DNA from: an uncultured Planctomycetaceae bacterium | Lineage (GTDB): Bacteria; Planctomycetota; Planctomycetia; Planctomycetales; Planctomycetaceae | Reading direction: 5' to 3' | Length of the DNA: 64,000 bases | Assembly (NCBI GenBank): GCA_963815195.1 | Contig: CAWFGE010000015.1 | Location: forward strand, 32,001-96,000 | Shown: positions 30,961 to 41,222 of the stretch, piece after piece | Layout of the letters: each line of letters opens with the position of its first letter | Numbering within the stretch: position 1 is the first letter of the stretch | Translations under genes and position numbers: made by a program | Notes under the pieces: model-generated | The model's input: only the letters and a program-made list of their open reading frames with translations | The model's database searches: none | Told to the model about the DNA's origin: nothing

Positions 30961-31986
30961 CTAAGCGGCGTTTTCTTCGGTGTTGGATTTTGCCAGGGGA
31001 CTGCTGCCGAACAGGGCTTGGTCGTTCGCGTCCGTGCGGATGAGTTCTTCCATCACATGCCATAGGGCGGTTTGCCAATCCGGGGGAATCAGATGAAACC
31101 GCTCCGCGAGCTTATTGCAATTCATTCGCGAATTGAGCGGCCGTTTTGCGGGGACGGGATAAGCCGTTGTGGGAATCGGTTTGACCTGCTGCACCTTCAG
31201 GTTCAGTCCGCGCTCGCGGGCCTGGCGGAAAATCTCGAGCGCATATTCATACCAGTTCGTTTCGCCGCCGCACGTCAGATGCAGGATGCCGCCCCGTTCG
31301 CGGAGATCTCCCGACGCGTCCGGATGGCATTGGGCGAGGATCTGGGCGGTGGCATCGGCGATCACGCGGGCCGAGGTGGGGGCACCGATTTGATCGCTCA
31401 CGATCGAAAGCTCCGGCCGCTGCCCTCCGAGCCTGAGCATCGTCTTCACAAAGTTCGCCCCGTGGACGCCATGCACCCAGGAGACGCGCAGAATCAAATG
31501 CCCCGCCCCGGCCGCCCCAATGGCTTCTTCGCCGGCGAGCTTCGTCTGGCCGTAGGTGTTGATGGGAGCGGGTTTATCCTCTTCCCGCCAAGGCCGATCG
31601 CCGCTGCCGTCGAACACGTAATCGGTTGAATAATGAACCAGTCCGCTGCGGAGGTGTTTGGCTTCCTCGGCTAGAATCCCCGGGGCGACGCCGTTGACGG
31701 CCATCGCGAGTTCTGGTTCCTCTTCCGACTTGTCGACAGCCGTGTAAGCGGCGGCGTTGACGATCACATGCGGTTTGACATCTTGGACAAGCTTCCGCAG
31801 TGCATCCGCGTCGGCCAGATCGATGGTTCGTTTCTCAAACGCGGAAGGAGACCGGCCCACGGCGACCACGTCGCCCAATGCCTGCAGCGAGCGGCGGAGT
31901 TCCCAACCGACTTGGCCCTGGGGACCCAGGAGGAGAATTCTGCGATGGGTCTGAGATTTCATGGAGACGGACATGGGATGGCTCAT
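30961..31986 (-). CDS. rfbD: dTDP-4-dehydrorhamnose reductase
   Basis: GQVG, NAAAYTAVD, STDYVFDG, YGQTKLAGE, DQIGAPT. Confidence 0.95.
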   Translation of the reverse strand: MSHPMSVSMKSQTHRRILLLGPQGQVGWELRRSLQALGDVVAVGRSPSAFEKRTIDLADADALRKLVQDVKPHVIVNAAAYTAVDKSEEEPELAMAVNGVAPGILAEEAKHLRSGLVHYSTDYVFDGSGDRPWREEDKPAPINTYGQTKLAGEEAIGAAGAGHLILRVSWVHGVHGANFVKTMLRLGGQRPELSIVSDQIGAPTSARVIADATAQILAQCHPDASGDLRERGGILHLTCGGETNWYEYALEIFRQARERGLNLKVQQVKPIPTTAYPVPAKRPLNSRMNCNKLAERFHLIPPDWQTALWHVMEELIRTDANDQALFGSSPLAKSNTEENAA

Positions 31987-32072
31987 CGCGAGTTCTTCCC
32001 TGAAATGCGGACGATCGGGGGCAATCCTTTGCCCAATTTAGCATGGTTGAGAAATAAGCATCTCTTTTATTG

Positions 32073-32140
32073 CGAGCGGCAATGCGCTAGCCTCCGGTGT
32101 TTCTTCTTCCACCAGCCGGTGGCGAGTGCCATTCCGCTCA
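32073..32140. repeat. REP-like palindrome family A, degenerate copy 3
   Basis: GAGCGGCAATGCGCTAGCC...GGCGAGTGCCATTCCGCTC. Confidence 0.55.
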
Positions 32141-32159
32141 GTTATTCCTCGAACGATTC

Positions 32160-33066
32160 TTAACCGTCGGTTTTTATGAGATTCAGCAGATATTGCCCAT
32201 AGGCGTTTTTCTGCATGGGACTCGCGAGTTCTTCAAGCTGGGCCGTCTCGATGTAACCCATCCGCCAGGCGATTTCTTCGGGGCAGGCGATTTTCAGCCC
32301 CTGCCGGGTTTCGATAACTTCGATGAACTGGGCCGCATCCAACAGCGACTCGTGCGTGCCGGTATCCAGCCACGCGCTGCCCCGGCCCATGATTTCCACA
32401 TGCAGCCGTTTTTCGCGAAGGTAAACCCGGTTGACATCGGTGATTTCCAACTCGCCCCGCGGCGACGGTTTTAGATTCTTCGCGATCTTCACCACATCGT
32501 TGTCGTAGAAATACAGCCCGGTGACGGCGAGGTTCGATTTGGGCTGGGCGGGTTTTTCTTCGATGTCCGTGGCCTTGCCGTCTTTGCCCAGGCTCACCAC
32601 GCCGTAGCGTTCGGGATCGTGGACGTGGTAGGCGAAGACCGAAGCCCCTTCCACGCGGCCCATGGCGCGGTGCAGGGTATGGGTGAGATCATGCCCATAG
32701 AAAATGTTGTCCCCCAAGATCAAGCACGCCGGGTCGCGGGCCCACGAAGCTCTCGCCGATGATGAACGCCTGAGCCAAACCTTCGGGCCGGGGCTGCTCG
32801 GCGTAGCTCATGTTGAGCCCCCACTGGCCGCCGTCGCCGAGCAGTTTTTGAAACAACGGCAAGTCCTGGGGCGTGCTGATAATCAGAATATCCCGCATGC
32901 CGGCGAGCATCATCGTGCTCAGCGGGTAATAAATCATGGGTTTGTCGTAAATCGGCAAGAGCTGCTTACTTACGACGTGAGTCAGCGGGTAGAGCCTCGT
33001 TCCCGATCCGCCCGCCAGGATGATTCCCTTGCGGGGGACTTGGGGCGCTGTCAGCTCGGCGTGCAT
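32160..33066 (-). CDS. rfbA: Glucose-1-phosphate thymidylyltransferase (frameshift ~32740)
   Basis: [49 protein letters not shown]. Removing one C gives [14 protein letters not shown]. Confidence 0.95.
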
Positions 33067-33311
33067 TTCAACCTCCCTGGTTTTTCCTGAGTTGTCCCGC
33101 AGAGGTCACCCGACCGGGAAATCCCACCCAGTATGCGAAATCGGCAAATCTTACCAAAGGCCAAGTATACACCCCGCCCGCAAACCGCGTCTACCCGTTT
33201 TTGAACGAACCAAACCGGAAGTTCGGGTTGAAGTCGCGGGATTTCAGGCGGCCCGCTTGCCCGGCCCTCTCCCTCCAGATTCTCCAAAGTTGTGAAAAGC
33301 GCTTCATCCAA

Positions 33312-33327
33312 TGGCACAGGTTTTGCG
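33312..33327 (+). promoter_or_regulatory. Possible sigma54 -24/-12 promoter
   Basis: TGGCAC-AGGTT-TTGC, about 200 nt upstream of the K+ channel gene. Confidence 0.35.
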
Positions 33328-33525
33328 CCGTCCTCAGGGATGTCAATTGGCCAACGTATGGAAAGTAGATGGACCCAGCTATTCCATGTGAACAATCCCG
33401 GCCGTTCTCTTGCTTGGCGTCTCGTGACTTCCAAAGCGGCGGACTCGCCTTCCTTGACAAGCTGCTCCCAAACCGCATTATGAGGTCTCGCCAAGGAATC
33501 CGTTGAAACTCAATGCAATTGATAT

Positions 33526-34317
33526 GTGATGCGAACTCGCGAGCGTGTGTGGGAGATTGTGGAAGTCGCGCGGGCCGGGGATGCGGCCAGCCGGCGGTTC
33601 GACATGGGCATCCTGAGCTTGATCGCGCTGAACGTGCTGGCCGTCGTTCTGCAATCGGTGCCCGAGATCGAAAGCCGGTTCGCGCGGCCGTTTTTTGTGT
33701 TCGAGGCGTTTTCGGTCGCGGTGTTTTCGGTCGAGTACCTGGCCCGGCTTTGGTCCTGCGTGGAGGATCCGGAGTTTCGCCGGCCGATCCTCGGGCGGAT
33801 TCGCTTCGCGTTGCGGCCGATGGTCGTGATCGACCTCCTGGCGATCTTGCCGTTTCTGGTGTCGTTCGCGGCATTCGACTTGCGGATCCTGCGCGCGTTT
33901 CGGCTGTTGCGGCTCGTCCGCTTGCTCAAGGCGACCCGCTACATCGCCGCGGCGAGGCATTTTCGCACGGTCCTGGAGACCAAGCGCGAGGAAATGGTGC
34001 TGACGACGGGGCTGATGATGGTGCTCCTGGTTATCACGGCTTCGGTGATGTATTTCGCCGAGAACGCCGCTCAGCCGGACAAGTTCGGCAGCATCCCGGC
34101 GAGCCTGTGGTGGGCGGTGGCCACGCTGACGACCGTCGGCTACGGCGATGTCTATCCCGTCACGCCGCTGGGCCGCGTCGCCGCGGGCTTCATCGCGATC
34201 CTCGGGATCGGCTTTTTCGCCTTGCCGACGGCTATCCTGGGATCGGGCTTCGTGGAAGCCATCGAAAGCGACAAAAAAGACAACACCTGCCCCCACTGCG
34301 GCGGCGAACTGAAATGA
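33526..34317 (+). CDS. Voltage-gated potassium channel (6TM ion transporter)
   Basis: S4 LRILRAFRLLRLVRLLK; filter TTVGYGD; C-terminal CPHCG. Confidence 0.93.
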   Translation: MMRTRERVWEIVEVARAGDAASRRFDMGILSLIALNVLAVVLQSVPEIESRFARPFFVFEAFSVAVFSVEYLARLWSCVEDPEFRRPILGRIRFALRPMVVIDLLAILPFLVSFAAFDLRILRAFRLLRLVRLLKATRYIAAARHFRTVLETKREEMVLTTGLMMVLLVITASVMYFAENAAQPDKFGSIPASLWWAVATLTTVGYGDVYPVTPLGRVAAGFIAILGIGFFALPTAILGSGFVEAIESDKKDNTCPHCGGELK

Positions 34318-34325
34318 CGCTGGCG

Positions 34326-34826
34326 TCAGCCTGTGGGATACTGGCGGCAGTATTCATAAAGGGCCATCGCCGTTGCGGTGGCGACGTTGTAGCTGTAGGG
34401 CCGGCCGAACACCGGAATCTCCACGACATCGTCGAGAAGCTCCAAAACATCTTCCGTGAGACCCAGCCGCTCGTTGCCGATGACGAGGGCCGTTTTTCTT
34501 TGAAAGGCATACTCCGGCAGCGAAACGGAGTTCGTCGTTTGCTCCAACCCGACCAGGCGATAGCCCGCGTGCCGAAGGTCTTTGAGCACCGGCGGCAGGC
34601 TGCGGCGGATGGCGATTTCGATGTGGTCGATCGCATCGCGGGCGATGTCCTTGTCGATCTTCGGATTGCCGCAGGCGATCAGTTTGGGAATGCCGCTGCA
34701 CGCGGCGGTGCGGACGATCCGCGAAAGATTCACATTGCTCCTGAAGGGCGCGCACACCAATACCAACTCCCGCGGCCGATCGAGCCCGGCGGGGGGCTTG
34801 TGTCGCAGATGTTCAAACTCCGGCAT
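34326..34826 (-). CDS. SpoU/TrmH family RNA methyltransferase
   Basis: NLSRIVRTA, LVIGNERLGL, IPVFG..SYNVATA. Confidence 0.88.
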   Translation of the reverse strand: MPEFEHLRHKPPAGLDRPRELVLVCAPFRSNVNLSRIVRTAACSGIPKLIACGNPKIDKDIARDAIDHIEIAIRRSLPPVLKDLRHAGYRLVGLEQTTNSVSLPEYAFQRKTALVIGNERLGLTEDVLELLDDVVEIPVFGRPYSYNVATATAMALYEYCRQYPTG

Positions 34827-35649
34827 CGTGTGAATCCTCTCGGAAACCGTCGCCGTACTCGACCGACACCAGATACAAACCTTGCGCCGGGGCGGTCTCG
34901 CCGGCTTCGGCGCGGTCCTGGTTGGCGATGATGTTCCGCATCTCTTCGGGCGTCCACTGCCCGCGGCCGACTTTGATCAACGTCCCCACAATCGCCCGCA
35001 CCATGTTGTACAAAAACCCGTCCGCGGAAATCTCAAAGCACAAAAACGGCCCCGCTTCGTCGCGCTCGGAATCGGAACTTTGCAGCGACCAGGGGTTCCA
35101 CACCGCCCAACCGCGGGCCCCGAAGATTTTGCTCTCCAAGACCGTGCGGACACTCGTGGCTTTGTTAGGGAACTGCGATTCGAAGCAGCGAAAATCGTGC
35201 GTGCCCAGTAGACAATCCGCCGCGGACTGCATCGCCTGGGCATCGAGCCTGTCGCTCCGAGACCAGACGAAACGCTCCAAAAACGGCGAGCGGACGGGGC
35301 TTTGATGGATCACATAGCGGTAGCGTTTGCTGACGGCCGAGTAGGTCGCATGAAACTCCGCCGGCACCTCGGCCGCCTCCAACACGACGATGTCTTGAGG
35401 CAGAAAGTTCTGGAGTCCGCTGCGGATTTTTTCGCAAGGAATCCGGCAGTCCGTGCGAAAATTCGCGACCTGTCCGAGCGCATGGACGCCGGAGTCCGTC
35501 CGCCCCGCCGCCATAATCCGCACGGGTTCGCCGGTGAGTTTCGCGATCGCGTCTTCGACCGCCGCCTGCACCGAAGGCCCATTGGGCTGCACCTGCCAAC
35601 CGACATACCCGCCGCCGTCGTAAGCCAGTGTTAAGCGAATGTTCCGCAT
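34813..35649 (-). CDS. truA: tRNA pseudouridine(38-40) synthase
   Basis: AYDG..Y.GWQ.Q, AGRTDSGVHA.GQV, GTHDF, FLYNMVR.IVG, TAPAQGL. Confidence 0.96.
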   Translation of the reverse strand: MRNIRLTLAYDGGGYVGWQVQPNGPSVQAAVEDAIAKLTGEPVRIMAAGRTDSGVHALGQVANFRTDCRIPCEKIRSGLQNFLPQDIVVLEAAEVPAEFHATYSAVSKRYRYVIHQSPVRSPFLERFVWSRSDRLDAQAMQSAADCLLGTHDFRCFESQFPNKATSVRTVLESKIFGARGWAVWNPWSLQSSDSERDEAGPFLCFEISADGFLYNMVRAIVGTLIKVGRGQWTPEEMRNIIANQDRAEAGETAPAQGLYLVSVEYGDGFREDSHDAGV

Positions 35650-35694
35650 GGGATTCTTTAGGTGCAGATCGCCAGCCTCAATGACATCACCGAA

Positions 35695-37386
35695 TCACTC
35701 ATCCGTCACGCAACCCTCGGAGGCCGTTTTCACGTTTTTGATGTATTTGTACAACGTGCCGCGAGTGGCTTTGTAGGGGGGCTGGTTCCAGCGGGCGGCG
35801 CGGTCGGCGAGGACTTCATCGGTGAGGGCCACGTCGATCCGCTTCTTCTCGGCGTCGATGGTGATCTGGTCGCCGTCTTGGATGAGGGCGATCGGGCCGC
35901 CTTCCTGGGCTTCGGGCGTGATGTGGCCCACGATGAAGCCGTGCGAACCGCCGGAGAATCGGCCGTCCGTCATCAAAGCGACATCGCTGCCCAAGCCCGC
36001 CCCCATGATCGCCGAGGTCGGGGTGAGCATCTCCGGCATGCCCGGCCCGCCTTTGGGGCCTTCGTAGCGAATGATGACCACGTCGCCTTTTTGAATCTTC
36101 CCGTCTTCCAGGCCTTTGAGCATGTCCTCTTCGGAATCGAACGCGCGGGCCGGGCCGGTGAATTTCAGGCCCTCTTTGCCGGTGATCTTGGCGACCGCCC
36201 CGTCGGGAGCGACGTTGCCTCTTAGAATCTGCAAGTGCCCGCTGGCTTTGATGGGATTGTCGATCGGACGAATGATCTCCTGGCCTTCCGAAAGTCCCGG
36301 CAATTCGGCCACGTTCTCGGCGAGCGTCTTGCCGGTGATCGTCAGGCAGTCGCCTTTGAGGAGGCCGGCTTCCAACAGATACTTGAGGACCGCCGGCGTG
36401 CCGCCCACGGTTTGCAGATCCTCCATCACATACTTGCCGCTGGGCTTGAGGTCGGCGACATAAGGCACGCGGTCGCTGACTTTCTGGAAGTCGTCGATGG
36501 TGAGGTTCACATCCACCGCGCGGGACATGGCGATCAGATGCAGCACCGCGTTCGTCGAGCCGCCCAACGCCATCACCACAACCATCGCATTCTCGAAGGC
36601 GTCGCGGGTCATAATGTCCTTGGGGCAGAGGTTCTGTTCCAGGAGATTGTAAATCGCCTGGCCCGCGCGGACGCATTCATCGAGCTTGGCGGGGTCTTCG
36701 GCGGGGATCGAGGAACTATAGGGCAAGCTCATGCCCAGGGCTTCGATGGCCGACGCCATCGTGTTGGCGGTGTACATGCCGCCGCAGGCACCGGCGCCGG
36801 GGCAGCTTTTTTGGACGATCTCTTTCCGCTGTTCGTCGCTGATGGTATGGGACAGATATTCGCCGTAGGATTGAAACGCGGAGACGATGTCGAGCTTATC
36901 GCGGAAGGAGTTGCAGCCCGCGCGGATCGTGCCGCCGTAAACCATGATGGCCGGGCGATTCAATCGGCCCATCGCGATCAGGCAGCCGGGCATGTTTTTG
37001 TCGCAGCCGGGAAGGGCGATCAAAGCATCGTACCATTGGGCGCCCATCACGGTTTCGATGGAGTCGGCGATCAGATCGCGGGACTGGAGCGAATAGGACA
37101 TGCCTTCGGTGCCCATCGAAATCCCGTCGCTGACGCCGATGGTGTTAAAACGCATGCCCACCAGGCCCGCGGCCTTCACGCCTTCGTGAACCTTGGCGGC
37201 GAGGGTGTTGAGGTGCATGTTGCAGGTGTTGCCTTCGTACCACATGCTGGCGATGCCGATCTCCGGCTTGTTCATGTCGTCTTCGGTCATCCCGGTGCCG
37301 TAGAGCATGGCCTGCGAAGCCCCCTGCGACCGCGGCTGCGTCACGCGGGAACTGTAGCGATTGAGTTGGGTTTGCGTTTCTGGCAT
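35695..37386 (-). CDS. ilvD: Dihydroxy-acid dehydratase
   Basis: [59 protein letters not shown]. Confidence 0.97.
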   Translation of the reverse strand: MPETQTQLNRYSSRVTQPRSQGASQAMLYGTGMTEDDMNKPEIGIASMWYEGNTCNMHLNTLAAKVHEGVKAAGLVGMRFNTIGVSDGISMGTEGMSYSLQSRDLIADSIETVMGAQWYDALIALPGCDKNMPGCLIAMGRLNRPAIMVYGGTIRAGCNSFRDKLDIVSAFQSYGEYLSHTISDEQRKEIVQKSCPGAGACGGMYTANTMASAIEALGMSLPYSSSIPAEDPAKLDECVRAGQAIYNLLEQNLCPKDIMTRDAFENAMVVVMALGGSTNAVLHLIAMSRAVDVNLTIDDFQKVSDRVPYVADLKPSGKYVMEDLQTVGGTPAVLKYLLEAGLLKGDCLTITGKTLAENVAELPGLSEGQEIIRPIDNPIKASGHLQILRGNVAPDGAVAKITGKEGLKFTGPARAFDSEEDMLKGLEDGKIQKGDVVIIRYEGPKGGPGMPEMLTPTSAIMGAGLGSDVALMTDGRFSGGSHGFIVGHITPEAQEGGPIALIQDGDQITIDAEKKRIDVALTDEVLADRAARWNQPPYKATRGTLYKYIKNVKTASEGCVTDE

Positions 37387-37485
37387 GTTTGTCCTTTGCG
37401 AGATTTGCTTTTTCAATTGTTGGTTTTTGGTGTTTGGCAGAATCATGGAGCTTACGCCCCACGCTCGCCTCTTTTTTGGTTTCTG

Positions 37486-37773
37486 CTACTCCACGAGTTC
37501 CGACATGTGCGGCACGCGGGTGACGCGGGGGATGACTTTCGGCTGATAGATTTCCGTATAAGCCTTGGCTTTGCGGTGCTGGTCGAGATGCTCCTGCGTG
37601 GCCCAGCGCTCCACAAGCAAAAACGTCTTGGGGTCGGATTGGGAATGATAGACCTCGAACCGCTCGCAGCCCGGCTCCTGGCGGGACAGACGCCCTTGCT
37701 CGGCCAGAAGCTCGCGGATTTTCGGGACGTCGTTCTCATCGTTGACGGTGAGGAGAATATTGCCGTAAATCAT
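37486..37773 (-). CDS. Antibiotic biosynthesis monooxygenase (ABM) family protein
   Basis: SRQEPGCERFEVY..DP..FLLVERW....L..H. Confidence 0.85.
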   Translation of the reverse strand: MIYGNILLTVNDENDVPKIRELLAEQGRLSRQEPGCERFEVYHSQSDPKTFLLVERWATQEHLDQHRKAKAYTEIYQPKVIPRVTRVPHMSELVE

Positions 37774-37925
37774 GGGGACTCCTGATTCTCAGTGGCAAAG
37801 GCCACAATGGAGCAAAGGCCGCAAAGGGAAAAGCGAAAGCCGATCGAACCCAGGATCGACTCCGGCCATTCGTCGGAACCTTCACAGAATACACGACCGC
37901 CGGCGAGAAATGTAGCCAACGGATT

Positions 37926-38575
37926 CTACACCGAAGGCGGCGCGGGGGAGGGGATTCTTAGAATGCCCAGGAGGTCTTGCGGATCGGCGATGATGTGCTC
38001 TGGGGCGAACTCGCGGAGCAGGGCTTCGGAATTGACGCCCCAGGTCACGCAGGCGATGGGCATTCGCACCTGATGGGCGGCCCGGACGTCGCGGGTCTCG
38101 TCGCCGACGTAGAGCACTTCGTCCGCGCGGAGCCGGGCGAGCCGGAGGGCCTGTTTGAGGGCTTTCTTTTTGCCGAACAGCCGCCCCATGCCCACCACGA
38201 ACTCGAAGTATTCGTCCACGGCGTTTTGCTCCAGGCAAGCGCGGATGTTGGCTTCGGAGTTGGACGAGACGATCCCGTGCCTGACCCGGGCTTTGGACAG
38301 GGCGGCGAGCGTCTCCGGGACGCCTTCGTGCAGCCGGGCTTCGGCGATCGTCCGGCTTTGCTCGGCGAGGAATTCGCGAATCAAAAACGGCACGCGATGG
38401 CAGCGGATGTTGTGCCGCCTCAAAAGTTCCCGCATCGGCAGTCCGCGCAGCGATTCCGGATTGGTCATGGGCAGCGCACGATGCCGGGCGCGATGCGGTT
38501 GTAGATTTGCACCGCCATCCGCAGCGTGTCGGCCAGCGTGCCGTCGAAATCCCAGAGGACGAGCCGATAGGTCAT
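37926..38575 (-). CDS. HAD hydrolase, phosphoglycolate-phosphatase-like (frameshift ~38488)
   Basis: MTYRLVLWDFDGTLADT from ATG 38575 joins the ORF carrying VSSN and YVGDETRD. Confidence 0.85.
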
Positions 38576-38753
38576 AGGCGTTCGACTTTAACTTGAATTC
38601 AAAGGGGCCGGGCGAATGGGGATGGAAGGTAGAGGATGGAAATGATGAATCCTGTGCCCAGAATCATTCGTCGCCCCCGATGACCGCCAGCGCGTTCCGG
38701 CCGATGATCGCAAAGGTTTTCTCCGGCCTGGAACACGCTGGCCGTCCGTTGCG

Positions 38754-40295
38754 CTATGCCTTGAACGCATTGCGGGTGCGTTCGACGAGGCTGTTGTCGC
38801 GCGTGCCGGAGCTTTGGAGCTTGAACACGTTGGACGCCAAGTACACGTCCCGCCATTCCGGGGAGAAGTGATAGTAGTCTTCCAAGACCGCCGAGCTGAA
38901 TTTGTAATCGTGGGCGTCGTTGCCTTTCAGAAAGACCAGCACCCGCGCCGCATCGATCAGTGTTTTCGCGGCCTGGGCCTGTTCGGGGGACTGTTTCAGG
39001 TAGGCCACGACTTTCCGGGCGGCGAGCATGCCGTCGCGGCTGAGGTCGGCGAAAATCTGCTCGGTCGCGGGGGCATCATCGGTGGGCGGCACCGGTTCCA
39101 GGTTGTCGATGGTCACCTCCTTCACCTGGCCCCGGCTTTGCATCGCGGAGCGGAACATTGGCAGGAACGCCGCGTTCTGGAGCATGAGCAGCCGGCGGGT
39201 TTCATCGTTCTCGCTCGCGCGGTAAGCGTAGAACATTGCATTCGTGGTGGTGATGGTGTGGATCGCGACGATCCCCGGCTGTTTCATCAGCATTTCGCCT
39301 GAGGCAACGCCGAAGGCATCCCACACCGATTGCGGCGACACGCCCGCGTTCAATAGTTCGACCACCTGATCGCAGGTCTCGTCGTTGGAGCCGGTCCGAA
39401 TTGTTTGCAGAAGGTCGGTCGTGGCTTTCTTGTCGATTTTGCCGTCTCGCCATTCCGGGCGAATGGTTTTGGCGAGTTCCAGATTCCGGCGGTAGGGGCG
39501 GTCGGCCTCGTCGTTTCGCTTGGCCGGGTTGTCGCCTTCGTGCATGAGCAGCGCATACGCCAGCGAACGCAGCACGGGCTCGGCATTCTGCGTACCGATG
39601 CACTGCAGTGTCCGCAGACTGTTCGCCACGAAAATCGCCTTGTGCCCGATCGAGCGAAAATCCCGCGCTCCGTAGCGGAAGAACATTTCATAAATCTCAT
39701 TCGTCCCCGCAGACCGCGCGAGCTGGGCGACCGCGGCGTCGGCCTTGGCTTCGTCCCAGTTGTTCATCGCCTCGGCGAACGTGTGATGCGCCTGGTGCGG
39801 CGAGGGCATCGCGGAATCATCCACGGCCGACATCGTCCAATCGCCCCGCTCCTTGACATCGGCGGCCGCGGCGTTTTTGTAATAATCGAGCGCCCAGAAA
39901 ATCGGCAGCCAACGATGCTCCGCCGGTGACGCCAGGCTCGCCAGGTGCGCGGAGTTCACCACGAGCACGGCGTGAAACTTGAACCCCACCGAAGGCCGGG
40001 GCTCCACATTCTTCACGCCCGCGAGCAGCAGACCGGCCAGCACTTCGCGGTAGGTGAGGCCTTTGCGAATCTTCTCGGCGACGACTTCGAGCAACTGATT
40101 CCGCGGGGTGTCTTCGATCAGGCGGACAACTGGTTCGATCTCCGCATTCAACCGGACGGTATTGGGATTGAGCTTGGTCTCCGCCGCCGAGACGGGACGC
40201 AATCCCTGGAGAAACGCTAAGTCCCCCAATCCCAAGAATGTTCCGGTGGCCGCGGTGGTTTTCAGAAAGTCGCGTCGTGTGTTTTGCCTTGACAT
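38754..40295 (-). CDS. Tat-exported hypothetical helical protein with His motifs
   Basis: MSRQNTRRDFLK Tat signal with AGGAGG-like RBS (GGAGG); motifs FHAVLVVNS, GHKAIF, IHTITTTNA, DAHDYKF. Confidence 0.8.
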   Translation of the reverse strand: MSRQNTRRDFLKTTAATGTFLGLGDLAFLQGLRPVSAAETKLNPNTVRLNAEIEPVVRLIEDTPRNQLLEVVAEKIRKGLTYREVLAGLLLAGVKNVEPRPSVGFKFHAVLVVNSAHLASLASPAEHRWLPIFWALDYYKNAAAADVKERGDWTMSAVDDSAMPSPHQAHHTFAEAMNNWDEAKADAAVAQLARSAGTNEIYEMFFRYGARDFRSIGHKAIFVANSLRTLQCIGTQNAEPVLRSLAYALLMHEGDNPAKRNDEADRPYRRNLELAKTIRPEWRDGKIDKKATTDLLQTIRTGSNDETCDQVVELLNAGVSPQSVWDAFGVASGEMLMKQPGIVAIHTITTTNAMFYAYRASENDETRRLLMLQNAAFLPMFRSAMQSRGQVKEVTIDNLEPVPPTDDAPATEQIFADLSRDGMLAARKVVAYLKQSPEQAQAAKTLIDAARVLVFLKGNDAHDYKFSSAVLEDYYHFSPEWRDVYLASNVFKLQSSGTRDNSLVERTRNAFKA

Positions 40296-40456
40296 GAGAT
40301 GACCTCCGAGAGAAGGGAGTGAAGTGAGCGCATCCGGCAGATTGCCTCCCCGTGCGATGGGCTTCATTGTAACCGATTCCCACCAAGAATTCCCGGCCAA
40401 AGCTCCGCGAGCCGATCTGAGGCGCGTCACTGGCACGCGTTCTTTACCCCCCCTCT

Positions 40457-41146
40457 TCAAATGTCGCCGTCGAGCACGCGGCGGATGAACGGGTCGTGAA
40501 GGCCTTGGGCCACGGAATCGACGTGGGAGAAATCGTGATCGCGGCTGTAATCGTGGGGGACGGCGATGACATAAGCCCCCGCCGCGGCGGCGGCCCGTGA
40601 ACCGGTTTCGCTGTCCTCGAAGACGAGGATCTCCTTGGGATCCAAGCCGAGATTCTTCGCCGCCGTCTCGTAGATCTCGGGATGCGGCTTGCCGTGGGTG
40701 ACATCCTCCGCCGTGAGCGTGAATGAAAACCGCGAAAGCAGATCGAACCGCTTCAAGATGTTTTCCAGATAAGGCCGGGAAGACGAAGTCGCCACGCCCT
40801 TGGGCAGATTGCGGGATTCGAGTTCCGCCAACAGATCAAACAAGCCGGGCATGGGGGCGAGATGGGTTTCGAGCATCGCGTGAAAGATCGTCTCGGACTC
40901 GGCCAATAACTCCTCGACCGTTTCCGTCAGCTCGAGCTCGGCGATCAGTGCGGCGAAGGATTCCTGAGCCCGCCGGCCCATCATCCGGCTCAACAATTCG
41001 CGGGTCATCCGATGCCCCCGCCGGCGCAAGAGTTCATCGCCCGCCCCGTGGAAGACTTCTTCGGTGTTGAACATCAACCCATCCAGGTCGAACACCACGC
41101 CCCGGATGGTTTTCGGTTTCGGTTTCTTGTTATGAGTGTCAGGCAT
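40457..41146 (-). CDS. HAD family phosphatase (beta-PGM/CbbY-like)
   Basis: FDLDGLMFNTE, ATSS, GKPHPEIY, FEDSETG. Confidence 0.9.
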   Translation of the reverse strand: MPDTHNKKPKPKTIRGVVFDLDGLMFNTEEVFHGAGDELLRRRGHRMTRELLSRMMGRRAQESFAALIAELELTETVEELLAESETIFHAMLETHLAPMPGLFDLLAELESRNLPKGVATSSSRPYLENILKRFDLLSRFSFTLTAEDVTHGKPHPEIYETAAKNLGLDPKEILVFEDSETGSRAAAAAGAYVIAVPHDYSRDHDFSHVDSVAQGLHDPFIRRVLDGDI

Positions 41147-41222
41147 CGCTCGATTGTTTTGAAGAGAGAAAAACGTCCCGAAGTGCCGCGCACTTTCGTC
41201 CCGCATCCACGGCTTCAGGGAT

